Assembly: GCA_964016885.1 (NCBI GenBank)
Contig: OZ024741.1
Coordinates: 294,128,001 to 294,192,000, forward strand
Direction of reading: 5' to 3'
Length of the DNA: 64,000 nt
From: Eledone cirrhosa
Lineage: Eukaryota
Below, in pieces: positions 50,284 through 64,000 of the stretch. The notes beneath the pieces are model-generated. The model was given only the letters and a program-made list of their open reading frames with translations. It was not told the origin of the DNA and did no database searches. The stretch's first letter is position 1. Each line of letters starts with the position of its first letter. The position numbers and the translations under genes are program-made.

Positions 50284-51264
50284 TATGCAATACAGTGATA
50301 TCTGAAGTCTAAGAGATTAAATTACACTAAATTCTTGTCTATTTTTATGGAACAGTGGTTAGTATCTACACTATAGTGTGGTAGGTAATAGATAACCTCT
50401 TGAGAGTGTTGTGTCTGAGATTCTGTCTTCTGTGATATGGTTTCAGTTCCTGCTTTGCAGCTATTTCTCCCAATTGAATCATGGTATTTATTATATCTGC
50501 TCCAGCTAGCCAACATCTCTTGTTATGCAATGTTCTTTTAATTCTTTCAAATGAAATTCAATACTCAGTCCTCAGTATTGCAAAAATACTTAATGTTTCT
50601 TTTCTTATGTCATTTTTCTTTCAATTGTATATGATTACCTAGCTTAGTGGTCAGAGTGTTGGATTCGCAATTGTGAGGTTACAAGTATAATTCCCAGACC
50701 AGGTGATGCGTTATGTCCTTGAGCAAGATACTTTATTTCATGCTGCTCTTTCTGTCAGGAGTTACAACTAATAGATAGTATCTGGAAAGACCAATGGAAA
50801 CATTATTACTTTGGTCCAATTTGACAAGTTCCATCCCACTCAGTAAACAAATGAGGTATGGGATCCTATCAATCAAATCCTCACCCTTATCTTACCTATA
50901 ACATACTGTATACCTATTCACATGGGCCCAGGTATGGCTGTGTAATTAACAAGCTGGCTTTGCAACATGAGATTTTAGAGTCAATTCCTCTATACATCGT
51001 CCCTTTGAACAAGTGTCTTTTATCATAACCTCAGGTTGATTCAAGCCTTGGTAATAAAACTGATTAGTTGGAAAAAACTGAATAGATGCCTATCAAATGG
51101 ATTGTAGCTGTAATCCAAAGGGCCATCCTTTTCATATACAGTATCATACAGATTCTGTCTCAGAATTATATTAAGTGTATAGGTATCTGTGAAATGTTCA
51201 TCCATTTAAACTATAATACAAAATGTAAATGCTATTCAAATGGTTAGTCTTTACAGATTTTCTA

Positions 51265-51478
51265 TGGTTTCTGATTTAGGAACAAGGCCAACAACTTTGG
51301 GAGAGAGGCAAGTTGATTGAACTGAATCCTGTGCATTACTAGTACTTTATTTAGTTGACCCTATAAGGATAAAAAGCAAAGCTAAACTAGGCAAGATTTG
51401 AGATCAGAATGTAAAGGCATGTAACACTATGCTGCACAGCATGGTGTCCATTTCTCTACAGATACTACTACTTCACCA
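51265..51478 (-). mobile_element. Meta-like SINE (older)
   Basis: GGTTTCTGATTTAGGAACAAGGCC tail and AGGATAAAAAGCAAAG. Confidence 0.7.
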
Positions 51479-53264
51479 ACCTAAATACGAACACTATAAT
51501 ACAAGATGAACTAAACCTGTAATATAATGGGTTAGCCTTGCTTCATACTGGTGGCACACTAATTTTACCTGATGACTACATTAAAGGTACAAATGTCTAT
51601 GGTATACTCCTGTCAATTCATAATACAAAATAGCTCCATTAATGAAACAGCTGAAATACTCATTGTTGAAACTAATGGAAGAGATATTTACCTTAATTAA
51701 TGTTCACTAACTTACACAACAAATGACATTTATATGATATCTATCAGAAGTTCTTTAAAAAATAAAACCACTGTAGGTAACCAAGGAAACTTGTAAAAAT
51801 GTGTAATATTGTGAGTAAGATATTTATGGGTTTCAGGCATTAGTATAACTAGAATTTGTGCTGTGTGGGGTGGCCTTTGAATTTACTGCCCTCTTCCATC
51901 ACTCTCTCCATAAAAAAACAACGCATACACATCAAACCAAAAATACATAGTTAAGCCAAAAATACATAATTAAACCAAGCTGCTCTATTGAATACTGGGT
52001 AAAAAAGTAATAGCAACCACTGAATCTATCTATGTTTTATCTGGTTAACACCCCTGTACCAAGTCCATCATTATAAAATATTGGATATATTTTATGAGAT
52101 AATGTCCTCATAAATTACTTATTCAAATATTTTTATCTATTATAAAACATTTAATATATTGATAATGAATAACATTCCTAAAATCTCGCAAGTTTATATG
52201 AGATGAGAAAAACTGGTCTCTAGTGTTTATTGCAACATTTGGGTGATACAAAGAGAACAATGTTTATTCATTTGAGTTTATAACAGGATTTTTGTGTCAT
52301 GATGGCAGGTGAATTTTGATATTTATAGCAGGATTTGTGAGATAGGTAAGTTTTGATAGTGTGTTGTAAACGATGATGGAAGTAGGGAGTGGGAAGGGTT
52401 ACTTAGAAATAGTGTTAACCAACTTCTCAATTTCAATTTTTGTTTATATGCAATGTCTATTAATGAAAACATCATTTATTTATCCATTGTTCAAATTTCT
52501 ATGAATTAAAATTATTTGTTATAAGCATGCAAACCCATTTGATTTAGTTCGATCAAATCAACTGACAAGATCCCAAACCTCATTCATTTAAAGAGTGGGT
52601 TGAAACTCGTCAAATCGGACCAAGGAAACAATGTTTCCATTGGTCTTTCCATTATTGATATTATTTACCAGTCATAAATCCTGACAGAAAGTGCAACGTG
52701 AAAGACCTAATGCATCGCCTGGTCTGGGAATTGAACTAGCAACTTCATGCTTGTGAATCCAATTCTCTAACCACTGAGCCATGCACCTTTACTAGCATTT
52801 GATATTTATTATTAACTTTAGAAAGTTGAAACGCAAAAATATGATTGAACAACGTGATTTAATCATGTTTATATACCGAAAAAAATTTGTTTGGACGCTC
52901 TACTAAAAACAAAACAAAACACACACACAAAGTGAATTTTCTAACTAGTAAAAAATATCTCTATAAAAATTAAATTTTCAAGGGAAGCAACTCTGACAAT
53001 ATTTTAGTTTTTCCTTGAGAATTATTTCCCCTGTACGGTACTAGTGGAATGCCAATAAACGTTGAATAAGGAAGCGCGAATGAAAATGTCTGACTTATTT
53101 AGAGTTTGAATTGAAATCATTTCACTTTGTTTGCATTACTAATTAATGTTCACGTTGAAAGTATAAATTGCACGTAATACAATCTCCCTCATTACTTCTT
53201 TAAAATCTATGACTCTGTGATATATATTAACTGACTCCGTAAAAATATCCACCGATAAAATTAG

Positions 53265-53500
53265 GAGACTATTGGTAAGGGTGTTGGACTAACGATCTTA
53301 TTATCGTGGGTTCAATTACTGGACTGGGTTGTGTTGTGTTCTTGAGCAAAACACTTTATTTCAGGTTGCTCCCGTATACACAACTGAAAATGAGGACCAA
53401 CAGTAGTTGGTGGTTTCACCCTGCGATGGACAGCCCCCCCCCCCCCGGGGGGGGGGGAGTCTTACGCCACGGAAACTGGAATAAGCACCGGCCTGGTGAA
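53265..53500 (+). mobile_element. CORE-like SINE
   Basis: GGTTCAATT B-box-like, TTCTTGAGCAAAACACTTTATTTC, ACCCTGCGATGGAC. Confidence 0.75.
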
Positions 53501-56168
53501 CGAACGCCCTGACTCGAAACAGACATTTTCATTTTTTATAATTAAAACACCCAAATGTTTTATTCATGATATACATACATACATTTATTTATATATATAT
53601 ATATACACACACACATTTATATATATATATATACACACACACATTTATTTATATATATATATATATACGCACAAACATTTGTGTATGTATGGTATATATC
53701 TGTGCGTATATATATGATCACCGAATTGACAGATTCCTTAAAACATCGGATAGAATATTTTGCGGTTCCGTTTCGGCTCTCTGCGTTCTGAGAGCAAATC
53801 CCGCCAAAGTCAACTACTTTTCATCCTTTCGAGGTCGATAGCAATCCAGTACTGGGTTCGATTCTTCACCTATATCTCTTTCTCACTTCCTCTCTCCTTC
53901 TCTGGCAGAAATCGGCTATGTTCAGACCTTGTGAGGGATGGTTTACACCTGGCTGAAAATACCCGATGAACGCAGTATGTCACTACGGTGCTACCATGAG
54001 TCACATGTGTTTGTACATAAGGATGTAAGCTAAAATAACATATAATATGTAAGTCAGATAAGCCTGGTCATTCAATGAAATTTATCTTCAAAGAATCGAA
54101 TGATTGAGAAAAATATTCAACCAACCTCTAACCCTCTAAGATGATAAATCGAGCAAAAAAAAATTAATCTTTAGATGCAGGGGAGGTCACTACAATATAA
54201 AAATACTATAAAGTACTTTTATTCTAGAGTTGTTTCCCTTGCATTATAAAATATATAGTTACGTTTTATCTGTGGTTCTCCAATTTGAAGCCTTACTTAT
54301 TTTTCAGATATATCTGATCATTATAACATTCCCCTGAGGTTGACTTTGCCTTTCATCCTTACGGGGTCTATAAAATAAAAGTACCAGTAATGTACTGGGT
54401 AATTGCTGGCCTTGTGCCAAAAGTAGAAACAATTATAACATTAAGACAATAAATGAAATAAAAATTGGTTTAAAGAAAGTTTTCATCTAAAAAGTAAATA
54501 CATTAGCATAATTAATTTTCACTGTTGTTATTAAAATTGATTAATAGTTTTGATTATAGTTTTGATCTTTACAAAGAATTGTTTAGGAGCTTTACTAACA
54601 AAGTGTTATAAAATTTCATTCAACGACACCTTATTTCTGGAACCTCAGAATTTTGGTAGCAACTCTAGAGTTCCTCAAACTACACTTTGCAAAACTCTGA
54701 TTTGTATGATTTATGATTACTGCTACTGTTGTTGTTTTTTTAACCTCAGATTAACCCCATCTTTTCTTTAGTGGCTTATACAGAGAACGAACGGCAGTGC
54801 ATATGAGTCCTTTCAGGGTATTTCAGACTGATAGGAAGTTTATTCTCAGTCAAAATCCTAGTATGAAAAATTGCAATACTTTTGCTAAAGTAGCCCCCAA
54901 GACCAAGGTGTTTAACCCAACAATGAATTATGTCTATTCAGGTTTATGATCAAATGCATTCAAGCCATGAAAATCTCATCCTATTATCATGCATTGTTTT
55001 TCAAGAAGTACAATATTCAATCTTTTAAACGTTATTAGTGAGTGGTTGCATTCTCTTGCAAGATTGATTTTGGGTTAAGAAATAAGTAAACTGTCCCGAA
55101 AGAGGATTTATTATGTACCCAGCTCTAGAGAAGTTGGCTATGACAACTAAAATGTCTCATCTACACTGTAAATTTGTATTCAGTGTTAGTGTGTGCTTCT
55201 ATATGAGTTGGCTTCTGCAGGTCATGTTTCCTCTAATCAGTTTTTAAATGGAATTACTACTCTCCATGAAAAGCTGTCCTTTCAGCAAGTATTCATTTGA
55301 AGTTACTGCTCTGCTAGATGGGTTACTTCCATTAGAGTTTCTCCATTTAGTTTTTAGACAGAGTTACTCTTCTCCTAAACAAGCTACCTTTTGAGTGAGT
55401 ATTCATATGAAGTTACTGCTTTACTAGACAGCTTGTTTTCACTGCAGCAAGCTGATTCGGTGACTTCTCCAAACTCATTTATGCTTATATATCCATACAC
55501 ACGAAACCACCATGTTGGGTTATCATTATCTCCATCCATTTTTGGATGGGTGGGTCTGCTCTATGTCCTATCCCATTTTTCTTGATCTTCTCTCTCTCCT
55601 GTAAAGTCACAACTTCAGAATCCTTGGGAATCCGTTACCACATATAACATTCATTAAAAAAATGGTTTATTTTTTAATCAGCATTTATTATCATCACTAT
55701 TACATATCCATGTGTGTACAATTCTCTGTCCCATCACATTTAATCTTTAATATCCCTTGGTTCCTTTAGCCTCAGGCCTATTCAAAACTGTTAATAAGCT
55801 CAGAGCAGATATATGTAGCTGCCGAAAGCTTTTATGGGTCAAAGCAAAATGTGAAATATGAGTCCATTTCAAATTGCTCATTAACCCTTTTATTACTATA
55901 ATTTTAATGAAAGATGCTGCCTGCAATTTTCAACTACTTTTGAAAATAATCAACACTTTGTAATATAACTGACATTTTCGTTATTGAGCTAGTGGTTGGA
56001 GCATAACTCAACAGCGGTTCATAGACTATGCTTGTCTCATTTATCTCTTGTTTTCAATGATATTTCAGATTCTAAACCCTGTGTCACACTTGTCTCACCA
56101 CCCAGAGAGCATCACATTTATCACACATGCCTTATACATCAGCAAATACTTTTAAAACCAAACTACCT

Positions 56169-56171
<3 letters not shown>

Positions 56172-56237
<66 letters not shown>
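56172..56237. repeat. (CT)n microsatellite
   Basis: Pure run. Confidence 0.97.
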
Positions 56238-56241
<4 letters not shown>

Positions 56242-56744
56242 ACTCTCTCTCCTCTCTCTTGCTTGTCTCATTTTGCTATAGCTTTCCCCTTCTAATATTC
56301 CATGCCTCACTACCATACATTTCACTTCTTTACACAGATTCTACATACTGTACTTACTGCAAAACAAAGAAAACACAATGTTGTCAACAAGGGAATATAG
56401 CTCTTTGATCTTCTACTAATACTTTTTAATTCTAACAAGGATCCTGTATATTTGTTTATAAATCATAGATATAAAATCACACCTTCATTTTACATACAGT
56501 ATTTACAATGTACAACATATTTCTAATTGAGGTTTTGTAGGTTCAGTAGATAAGAAACATGTTGGTTTTCACATCATATTTTATAGAACAAGATGCAAAT
56601 TATATAAGAGTATATATATGTTATGATATTTCATTCTCACAACTAACTCCTGGTCTTGTAAGTTCACTGGGGGTAAACATATACATAACATTTAATATTC
56701 ACATTCTAGGCTGGCATAGGTTGGACTATATATATATATAAGAT

Positions 56745-57035
56745 CAAGCTTTTATAGCTGAATCTATGGCAGAATTAGAGGAGAAACTACAAATCTGGAA
56801 GCATGGCCTAGAATCAAAAGGTCTTAAAGTCAACTTGACAAAGAATAAGGTCCTAATAAGTAGAAGGGAAATCAGGACCCAAATCTCCTCAGGGGAAAAG
56901 GCCATGCTCAGTGTGTAGGAAAGGTATAGGTATAAATTCTATTTTCTTTCCCATAGGTACACAAGAGATGTAGTGGGATCTCAGATTGGTTAGCTAAGTA
57001 TGTAGGCTTTACATGCGGCCATTGCATGGGAGCAG
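56745..57035 (+). mobile_element. RTE LINE internal RT fragment
   Basis: AFIAESMAELEEKLQIWKHGLESKGLKVNLTKNKVLISRRE...PCSVCRKGIGINSI, homologous to about 14230-14520. Confidence 0.85.
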
Positions 57036-57287
57036 TAAAATGATAATTGACAAAGAGAAGACAATGAAAGAGAAGACGAATGGAAACAAGGCCAAAAAGA
57101 ACTTTTTTAAGGGAAAACATTTGGGGGGAGGGGAGAAACAATGACACAGAACAGCAAAGTCTTCTGACATTGAGATGGATTTAGGCAATTTTGACCCCTA
57201 CCAGTGGTACTGCTGGCCCACCTGGAGTCTCAGTATCTGATAAACAAGCCAAAGTACAGTTCTTGGAATAAAGGACTTGACAAAACA

Positions 57288-57347
<60 letters not shown>

Positions 57348-57479
57348 CTAGAATGTCCTCTAGTCAAGCTTGAACCAGGAGATTCAGTATGAAACAATGT
57401 GTGACAATCTCTGGTTGTGAAGTGAACTTTCTAACCATGTGCCTATATATGTATTGTGATGATTACAATAATGAGAATT

Positions 57480-57902
57480 ACAATGATGATGGTGATGGCA
57501 GTGATGGTGATGATGGCCATGATGATAATGGCCATGATGATGGTGATGACCATGGTGATGACTATGATGGGGACGATGGCCATGATGATGGTGATGGCTA
57601 TGATGATGGTTAATGATGGCAGTGATGGTGATGATGGCCATGATGATGGTGATGACTATGATGATGGTGATGACTATGATGGTGACGATGGCTATGATGA
57701 TGGTGATGACTATGATGACGGTGATGACTATGATGGTGACGATGGCTATGATGATGGTGATGACTATGATGGTGACGATGGCTATGATGATGGTGATGAC
57801 TATGATGATGGTGATGACTATGATGATGGTGATGACTATGATGGTGACGATGGCTATGATGATGGTGATGGCTATGATGATGGTTATGATGGCAGTGATG
57901 GT
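57480..57902. repeat. (GAT/GGT)-derived minisatellite (15-18 bp units)
   Basis: GATGATGGTGATGACTAT repeats. Confidence 0.92.
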
Positions 57903-58694
57903 CGTTTTGGTACATTACTGTGGTACATTACTGTGGAAATTTTGAATATCTGTTAGAACACGAAAAGTGTGAAACAACAGAATGTTCACTTTTCGTGTTC
58001 TAACATATATGCCTAGCTTCTTTAAAAATTTTTCGGGGATAGCCGTGGTGGTGGTGATCGTATGTCATTGGCTAATTTTCAACCAATCAGAGTACCTCTC
58101 TCTATATCTCTTCCACTGTTACTTACGCCTGTTTCTCTCTATCTGTTCCGTCTCTATATATATCTCTTACTCTTTCGCTTTGCACTCCTCCCCTTCAATA
58201 CCATCTCTCCCCCTCTCTATATATTTGTTACTCTATCGCTGCACGCTCCTCTCCTTCAATATATCAATTACACACGCTTTACACTCCTTTATCCCCAGCG
58301 CCCCTATATATACACCCCCCCCTCTCCCGCATCTATATTTTAATGTACCGTTGCACCGTGAATATATGTGTCTATATATATATACATATATATTGTATAT
58401 ACACATTCATGTATGTGTATACACACTCATGTATGTATATACACTGGTTTTATGTGTGTATTGTAAATTTGTACTGTTAAAACACGAAACTAACATTCGA
58501 TTGACACTTTGATTACCTGTACAGGCAATAGTTATTAGAATGCTGTTGAAGTGTGTATATATTTTGGGGGGACATCCTGTATATACACACATTATATATA
58601 ATACAATAAACAGATAAATACACACATATATATATGAGCTTATTTAATTATAAATATTGTGAATTTTTAACTCAGTTCAATTATATATATAAAT

Positions 58695-58739
58695 GGCTTC
58701 TACAGGACTAGAACTGTTTCATTCGAAAGAAATCATCAT
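58695..58739 (-). ncRNA. Degenerate hammerhead motif of a Penelope-like repeat
   Basis: (A)TGATGA T-TTC-TTTC-GAA-T GAAA CAG..CTG TA GAAGCC. Confidence 0.45.
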
Positions 58740-59357
58740 AATATTGAGAGGGGGGGGGGGGGGCTAGATAAAATATTTCAAATCAAATGTGTATAAGTTA
58801 TAAGTTAAAATGTATAAATAGAGACGATAGTGGAGGTATATCTGTTTAGTGGAACAGTAGACGATAGAATTAAATACAGACGAGAATCTCCCTTTAATGA
58901 AACAGCAGACGATAGAATTAAGGCAATTTAAATTTTAAGCATTTGCATTTTTGCCTTTCATCGTTACGGGGTCGATAAAATAAAGTACCAGTAATACACT
59001 GTCACTAGACGACTTTCAAATTGAATTGTTGGTTCCATTTCTTTAGTATTTTCAATTGTAGTTATCTACTTAAAAAGCGTTACACGGTTAGAGACATAAT
59101 TGGTAAGTTATATCTTCCCTATTAAACCATTGCATTATTTCGCCTACAATAGAACAAAAATGAAATGTTCTTTAAAGAAACAGGAATATAACTTTATAAA
59201 AAAAAAAGTTGCATCCGCTTCTTTTATCATTGATAATTTTTTCGTTTTAATATTAATTGTTTTTTGTAGTTGTTTATATTAAAAATCTTACTGTAATATT
59301 TACTTAAACGAAGGCAGACATCTAAACTTATAGATTAATCTTGAGCGAAGGACTAGA

Positions 59358-59448
<91 letters not shown>

Positions 59449-59944
59449 GAAGAATGATAACATTTCAAGCAAAGAGTTTAATTAGGTAATGACTTACAAA
59501 TTTGTTTCAGTATATAGACAAAGCCTGAAGCGCTAATTATAATAATTAGTTAATAATATTACAAAATATATTAATATTATATTAAATATATACTGAAACC
59601 AATCAGTTTAGCAGAAAGTTTCCAGACAAGAAACACGCATATTTTGCTATCCTCAAACACGTTTACACATGGCATGAAATATAACTAATCCGAGATGGCT
59701 AGGTTTCATCTTCTAACTGGATATACGAAATCCATTATGTCTTGACAACAACATGAGGTAACATTATGTTATTCACAGACACACTTTGTACACTGTTCCA
59801 TATCAGAATGTATTTCCTTCGTCACATTCACAAACAGTATTGAAAATATGTTCTTCGGCAAATAAAAATGTTTTGTTCATAATATTTCAACTAGCGATTG
59901 CTCTACTCCACGCACGACCACCATAAATTAATGACCAGCTCAAC

Positions 59945-60115
59945 ACAAGTATTGGTAGAGCGTCAGACACCATGCTTTGCAGTATTGTTATGGTCCTTTG
60001 CATTCTAAGTTCAAATCCTGCCGAGGTTAACTTCGACTTTCATACTTACTAATTCGATAAAATAAAGTACCAGTAATGGACTGCCGTAATGGATTTGTGC
60101 CGAAAAATAGAAACA
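59945..60115 (+). mobile_element. Meta-like SINE
   Basis: GTTCAAATCCTGCCGAGGTTAAC...CGATAAAATAAAGTACCAG. Confidence 0.8.
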
Positions 60116-60671
60116 CTATTAATGTGCAATAAGAGCAAAATATAACGACATTGCTCAATTATTTTATCTAATGTTGTAATAACACAAGGAAATGTTGTTT
60201 GTGTATTTTTTTTTATATTTGCTCATAGGCTTTTACAATTTCGCTCAGCCAACAACTATTAAAAAGTGAGTTGCTTAAGATAACAATTTAATCACAAATT
60301 GTTGCTATCTTTTAATACACTCCAACAAGTCATCAAATTATGTACAATAAAAACAAATCTTATTAATTTGCTCAGGGAATATAAATAAAATGTATATACA
60401 CTGATAATTGCAATTGTATGTAAATATTTTGTTTTTGTATTGTATATTTTATGTTTTCTATTATGTATAATATATTGATTTAATATTGATTGTTTTTTGT
60501 AGTTGTTTATATTAAAAGTCTGAAAATATTTTTATACATCTTACACTAATATTTATAAGATAATTTATAATAACAATTACATAATCTAATTACATTACAA
60601 CGATAATTTATTATTAATATATATCCTGTTTAACTAGAGTTATTACAAGCGTTGCCTTAAAAAAATATTAA

Positions 60672-61628
60672 ACTAGACATGAAAAATGCGCAAGCTCAAA
60701 AGTGCCACAGAATGTTATAATAAACCTTCAAAAGTGTGGGACTAGAGTTGTTGCTAAAAAATATTGTAATCATTATATATCGTACATTCTGTGGCATCCT
60801 TTATAAAAATAGCTTAAACCAACGAAGCCTTTATTTTTACGCTATTTCACTTAGTTAATTCTTAGAGTGTAACATATAAAAATAAATACATCTATGTTTA
60901 ATGTAATAACAGCTATAAATAATTACGTAATATTATTATCATATACTCATAGTAACAAAATAATTGTGTTGAAACTTAATATGATGCTTATATGAACGAT
61001 CAAATCTATAATGATAATTTCTTAAATATACTAATAGTAAACTAATTTAGTTATCTATTGTTACATTTTCATAGAACTATAATATTAACAATCGTATTGC
61101 ATTATCAAATTTTTATCACTACAAACTTTCATATTGGAATTACCTTAAGCCACTTATTATTACTTCGCTTTCGTACTTTTACAGCTGTAGATATTGCGCT
61201 GTATCTTATATCTAATATCAATATCTCGTGGTAATTTGCATGAAGTGTAAAATAGGTTTATTAATAACTTTAATATGAAATGTATTATACAGGGCTGCGG
61301 AGTCGGCCAAAAATTGACTGGCTCCAACTCAGGATCCGATACTCCATTATTTCCTAAATTTCAGCTCCGCAGCTCTGTTATTATATTAATTAATTTATTT
61401 TATAGTTGTAAATCATATTTTTATATGTTACACTCTAAGAATTAACTAAGTGAAATAGCGTAAAAATAAAGGCTTCGTTGGTTTAAGCTATTTTTATAAA
61501 GGATGTCACAGAATGTACGATATATAATGATTACAATATTTTTTAGCAACAACTCTAGTCCCACACTTTTGAAGGTTTATTATAACATTCTGTGGCACTT
61601 TTGAGCTTGCGCATTTTTCATGTCTAGT
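60672..61628. repeat. 213-bp near-perfect inverted repeat with about 530-bp spacer
   Basis: Arms 60672-60884 and 61416-61628; I see one substitution and one 1-bp indel. Confidence 0.93.
61290..61377. mobile_element. 88-bp hAT-type MITE
   Basis: TIRs CAGGGCTGCGGAG / CTCCGCAGCTCTG; 8-bp TSD GTATTATA / TTATTATA (7 of 8 match). Confidence 0.75.
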
Positions 61629-61663
61629 ATATTATGTATACCTAAGTGTATTTAATATAATAT

Positions 61664-61704
<41 letters not shown>

Positions 61705-62524
61705 CTATATGTATGTTTAATGTTTGTGATGGTGAATGTAGATTTTGGTATAATTAGGATAGATTTAAAATGTCATTTAAGGAGTTTGTTCTCATTATGC
61801 TTACCACAAGCTGAGACATAATGGCAACAACAACCTACATACATACATACATACATACATGGTGGCTGCCAACTCGTTTTCGAGTACGGCCACTACTTTA
61901 TATCCATGTAGGAGAACCCCTACCGATGCGCTGAACGAGTGTGACATTTTAGTCAAGCCAGCGACTTGAAAACTCTGGTACAAACACTGCACTTGTGACA
62001 ATTATTGACACATAGTGCTGGGCCCATGGTACCATGTGACGACAAGTGCAGAGAGATCTCCAGATATAAAGCAATGCCTGTGCCGTGAAGCTTTTATAGT
62101 GAGCAAAGGCACTGCACAAAGCCAGTCCCACTCTCTTAACCAAGATGATATTTACCAAAAACAAGAACAAGTCAACATCATTAGATACCATCAGGGTTGC
62201 AGGTGTTATATCAGAGTATATCAAGTATATAACCAAGTCTTTGTATGTGTGTGTCCGTCTGTGTATCTATGTGTGTGTCTGTAACTCTGTCCATGTCTAT
62301 GTATGTATCTATGTGTGTGTCAGTGTGTGTGAATGTCTGTGTGTGTATCTAATTGTGTGCCCGTGCCTGTCTGTCTGTCTGTGTCCGTGTCTATGTGTTT
62401 GTCTGTCTATTTATCTGTTCTTTCATAGCAATATAATGAGGTCTAATATAAATTTCTCTATCAATAGACTATCCAGTTAATTAACCCCATGATAATATAA
62501 ACTCATTTATTCTAATTAACATCT

Positions 62525-64000
62525 CCTCCTCACCACCACCAAGACCACCTCACCACCAACACCTAACCATCACCACCAACACCTCCTCACCACCACCAAC
62601 ACCTCCTCACCACCAACACCACCTCACCACCACCACCTCATCACCACCAACAATAACACCACCACCAACAGCAACAACAACAACACCACCACCAACACCA
62701 CCACCAACAACAACAAAACCACCGACACCTCCACCATCAATACCACCAACAATACTACTTAACACTTCCTCACCACCAGCACCAATACCATCACTTACAA
62801 CACCAACACCCTCACAACTACCACCACACCACCACCAACACCATGACAACTACCACCAGCACCACCACCAACACCACCACCCTCACCACCAATAATAACA
62901 ACAGCACCAACACCCTCACAACTACCACCACACCACCACCAACACCATGACAACTACCACCATCACCACCACCAACACCACCACCAACACCACCACCCTC
63001 ACCACCAATAATAACAACAACACCAACACCCTCACAACTACCACCACACCACCACCAACACCACAACAACTACCACCAGCACCACCACCACCAACACCCC
63101 CCTCACCACCAATAATAACAACAACACCAACAACGTCACAACTACCACCACACCACCACCAACACCATGACAACTACCACCAGCACCACCACCACCAACA
63201 CCCCCCCTCACCACCAATAATAACAACACCACCAACAACCTCACAACTACCACAACACCACCACCAACACCATGACAACTACCACCAGCACCACCACCAC
63301 CAACACCCCCCTCACCACCAATAATAACAACAACACCAACAACCTCACAACTACCACCACACCACTACCAACACCACAACAACTACCACCAGCACCCCCC
63401 CCCCTCACCACCAATAATAACAACAACACCAACACCCTCACAACTACCACCACACCACCACCAACACCACAACAACTACCACCACACGCCCCCCCCCCCT
63501 CACCACCAATAATAACAACAACACCAACACCCTCACAACTACCACCACAGCACCACCAACACCACAACAACTACCACCACACCCCACCACCAACACCCTC
63601 CTCACCACCAATAATAACAACAACACCAACACCCTCACAACTACCACCACACCACCACCAACACCACAACAACTACCACCAGCACCACCACCAACACCCC
63701 CCTCACCACCAATAATAACAACAACACCAACACCCTCACAACTACCACCACACCACCACCAACACCACAACAACTACCACCACACCCCACCACCAACACC
63801 CCCCTCACCACCAATAATAACAACAACACCAACACCCTCACAACTACCACCACACCACCACCAACACCACAACAACTACCACCAGCACCACCACCAACAC
63901 CCCCCTCACCACCAATAATAACAACAACATCAACACCCTCACAACTACCACCACACCACCACCAACACCACAACAACTACCACCAGCACCACCACCAACA
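62525..64000. repeat. (ACC/AAC)-derived minisatellite with about 80-120 bp higher-order units, running off the window
   Basis: Recurrent CCCTCACCACCAATAATAACAACAACACCAACACCCTCACAACTACC. Confidence 0.95.

Noticed and set aside
52340-52352. Other AG|GTAAGT matches (also about 19256)
   Set aside because: No upstream pyrimidine tract, so not credible recursive sites.
57456-57956. Asp/Gly/Tyr-rich ORF resembling an acidic biomineral protein
   Set aside because: (GAT)n-derived minisatellite; no signal peptide or splice context.
61860-62225. Moderately GC-rich segment, possibly a LINE 5' region
   Set aside because: No diagnostic motif recognised; left unassigned.

Overview
AT-rich, extremely repeat-dense animal DNA. 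The mix of microsatellites, tRNA-derived SINEs and LINEs points to a coleoid cephalopod, most likely Octopus (inference). I found no credible host protein-coding exon. Almost all ORFs in the track are translations of (TA)n, (CA)n, (AAC)n, (ACC)n and (GAT)n repeats. The real coding remnants all come from transposons: a 5'-truncated RTE LINE (13251-16444, -), a CRE-like RLE non-LTR fragment (about 20200-21630, +), an internally deleted L1/Tx1 LINE embedded in (AAT)n (43573-46312, -), a deleted irritans/Hsmar2-like mariner, and a Helitron carrying STPR-like repeats. Most interesting: (1) a candidate recursive splice site with a 70-nt RS-exon at 22689-22795, which suggests the window lies in a very long + strand intron; (2) an apparently (AAT)n-targeting Tx1 LINE whose 3' tail pattern is shared with the most abundant SINE here, plus an 18-bp micro-insertion with a 17-bp TSD; (3) several Penelope-type hammerhead ribozyme motifs, most with a non-canonical U.U pair at the base of stem II, including a near-perfect inverted pair; (4) a 213-bp near-perfect inverted repeat. 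Family names come from motif recognition, not database searches. Boundaries of degenerate repeats are approximate.
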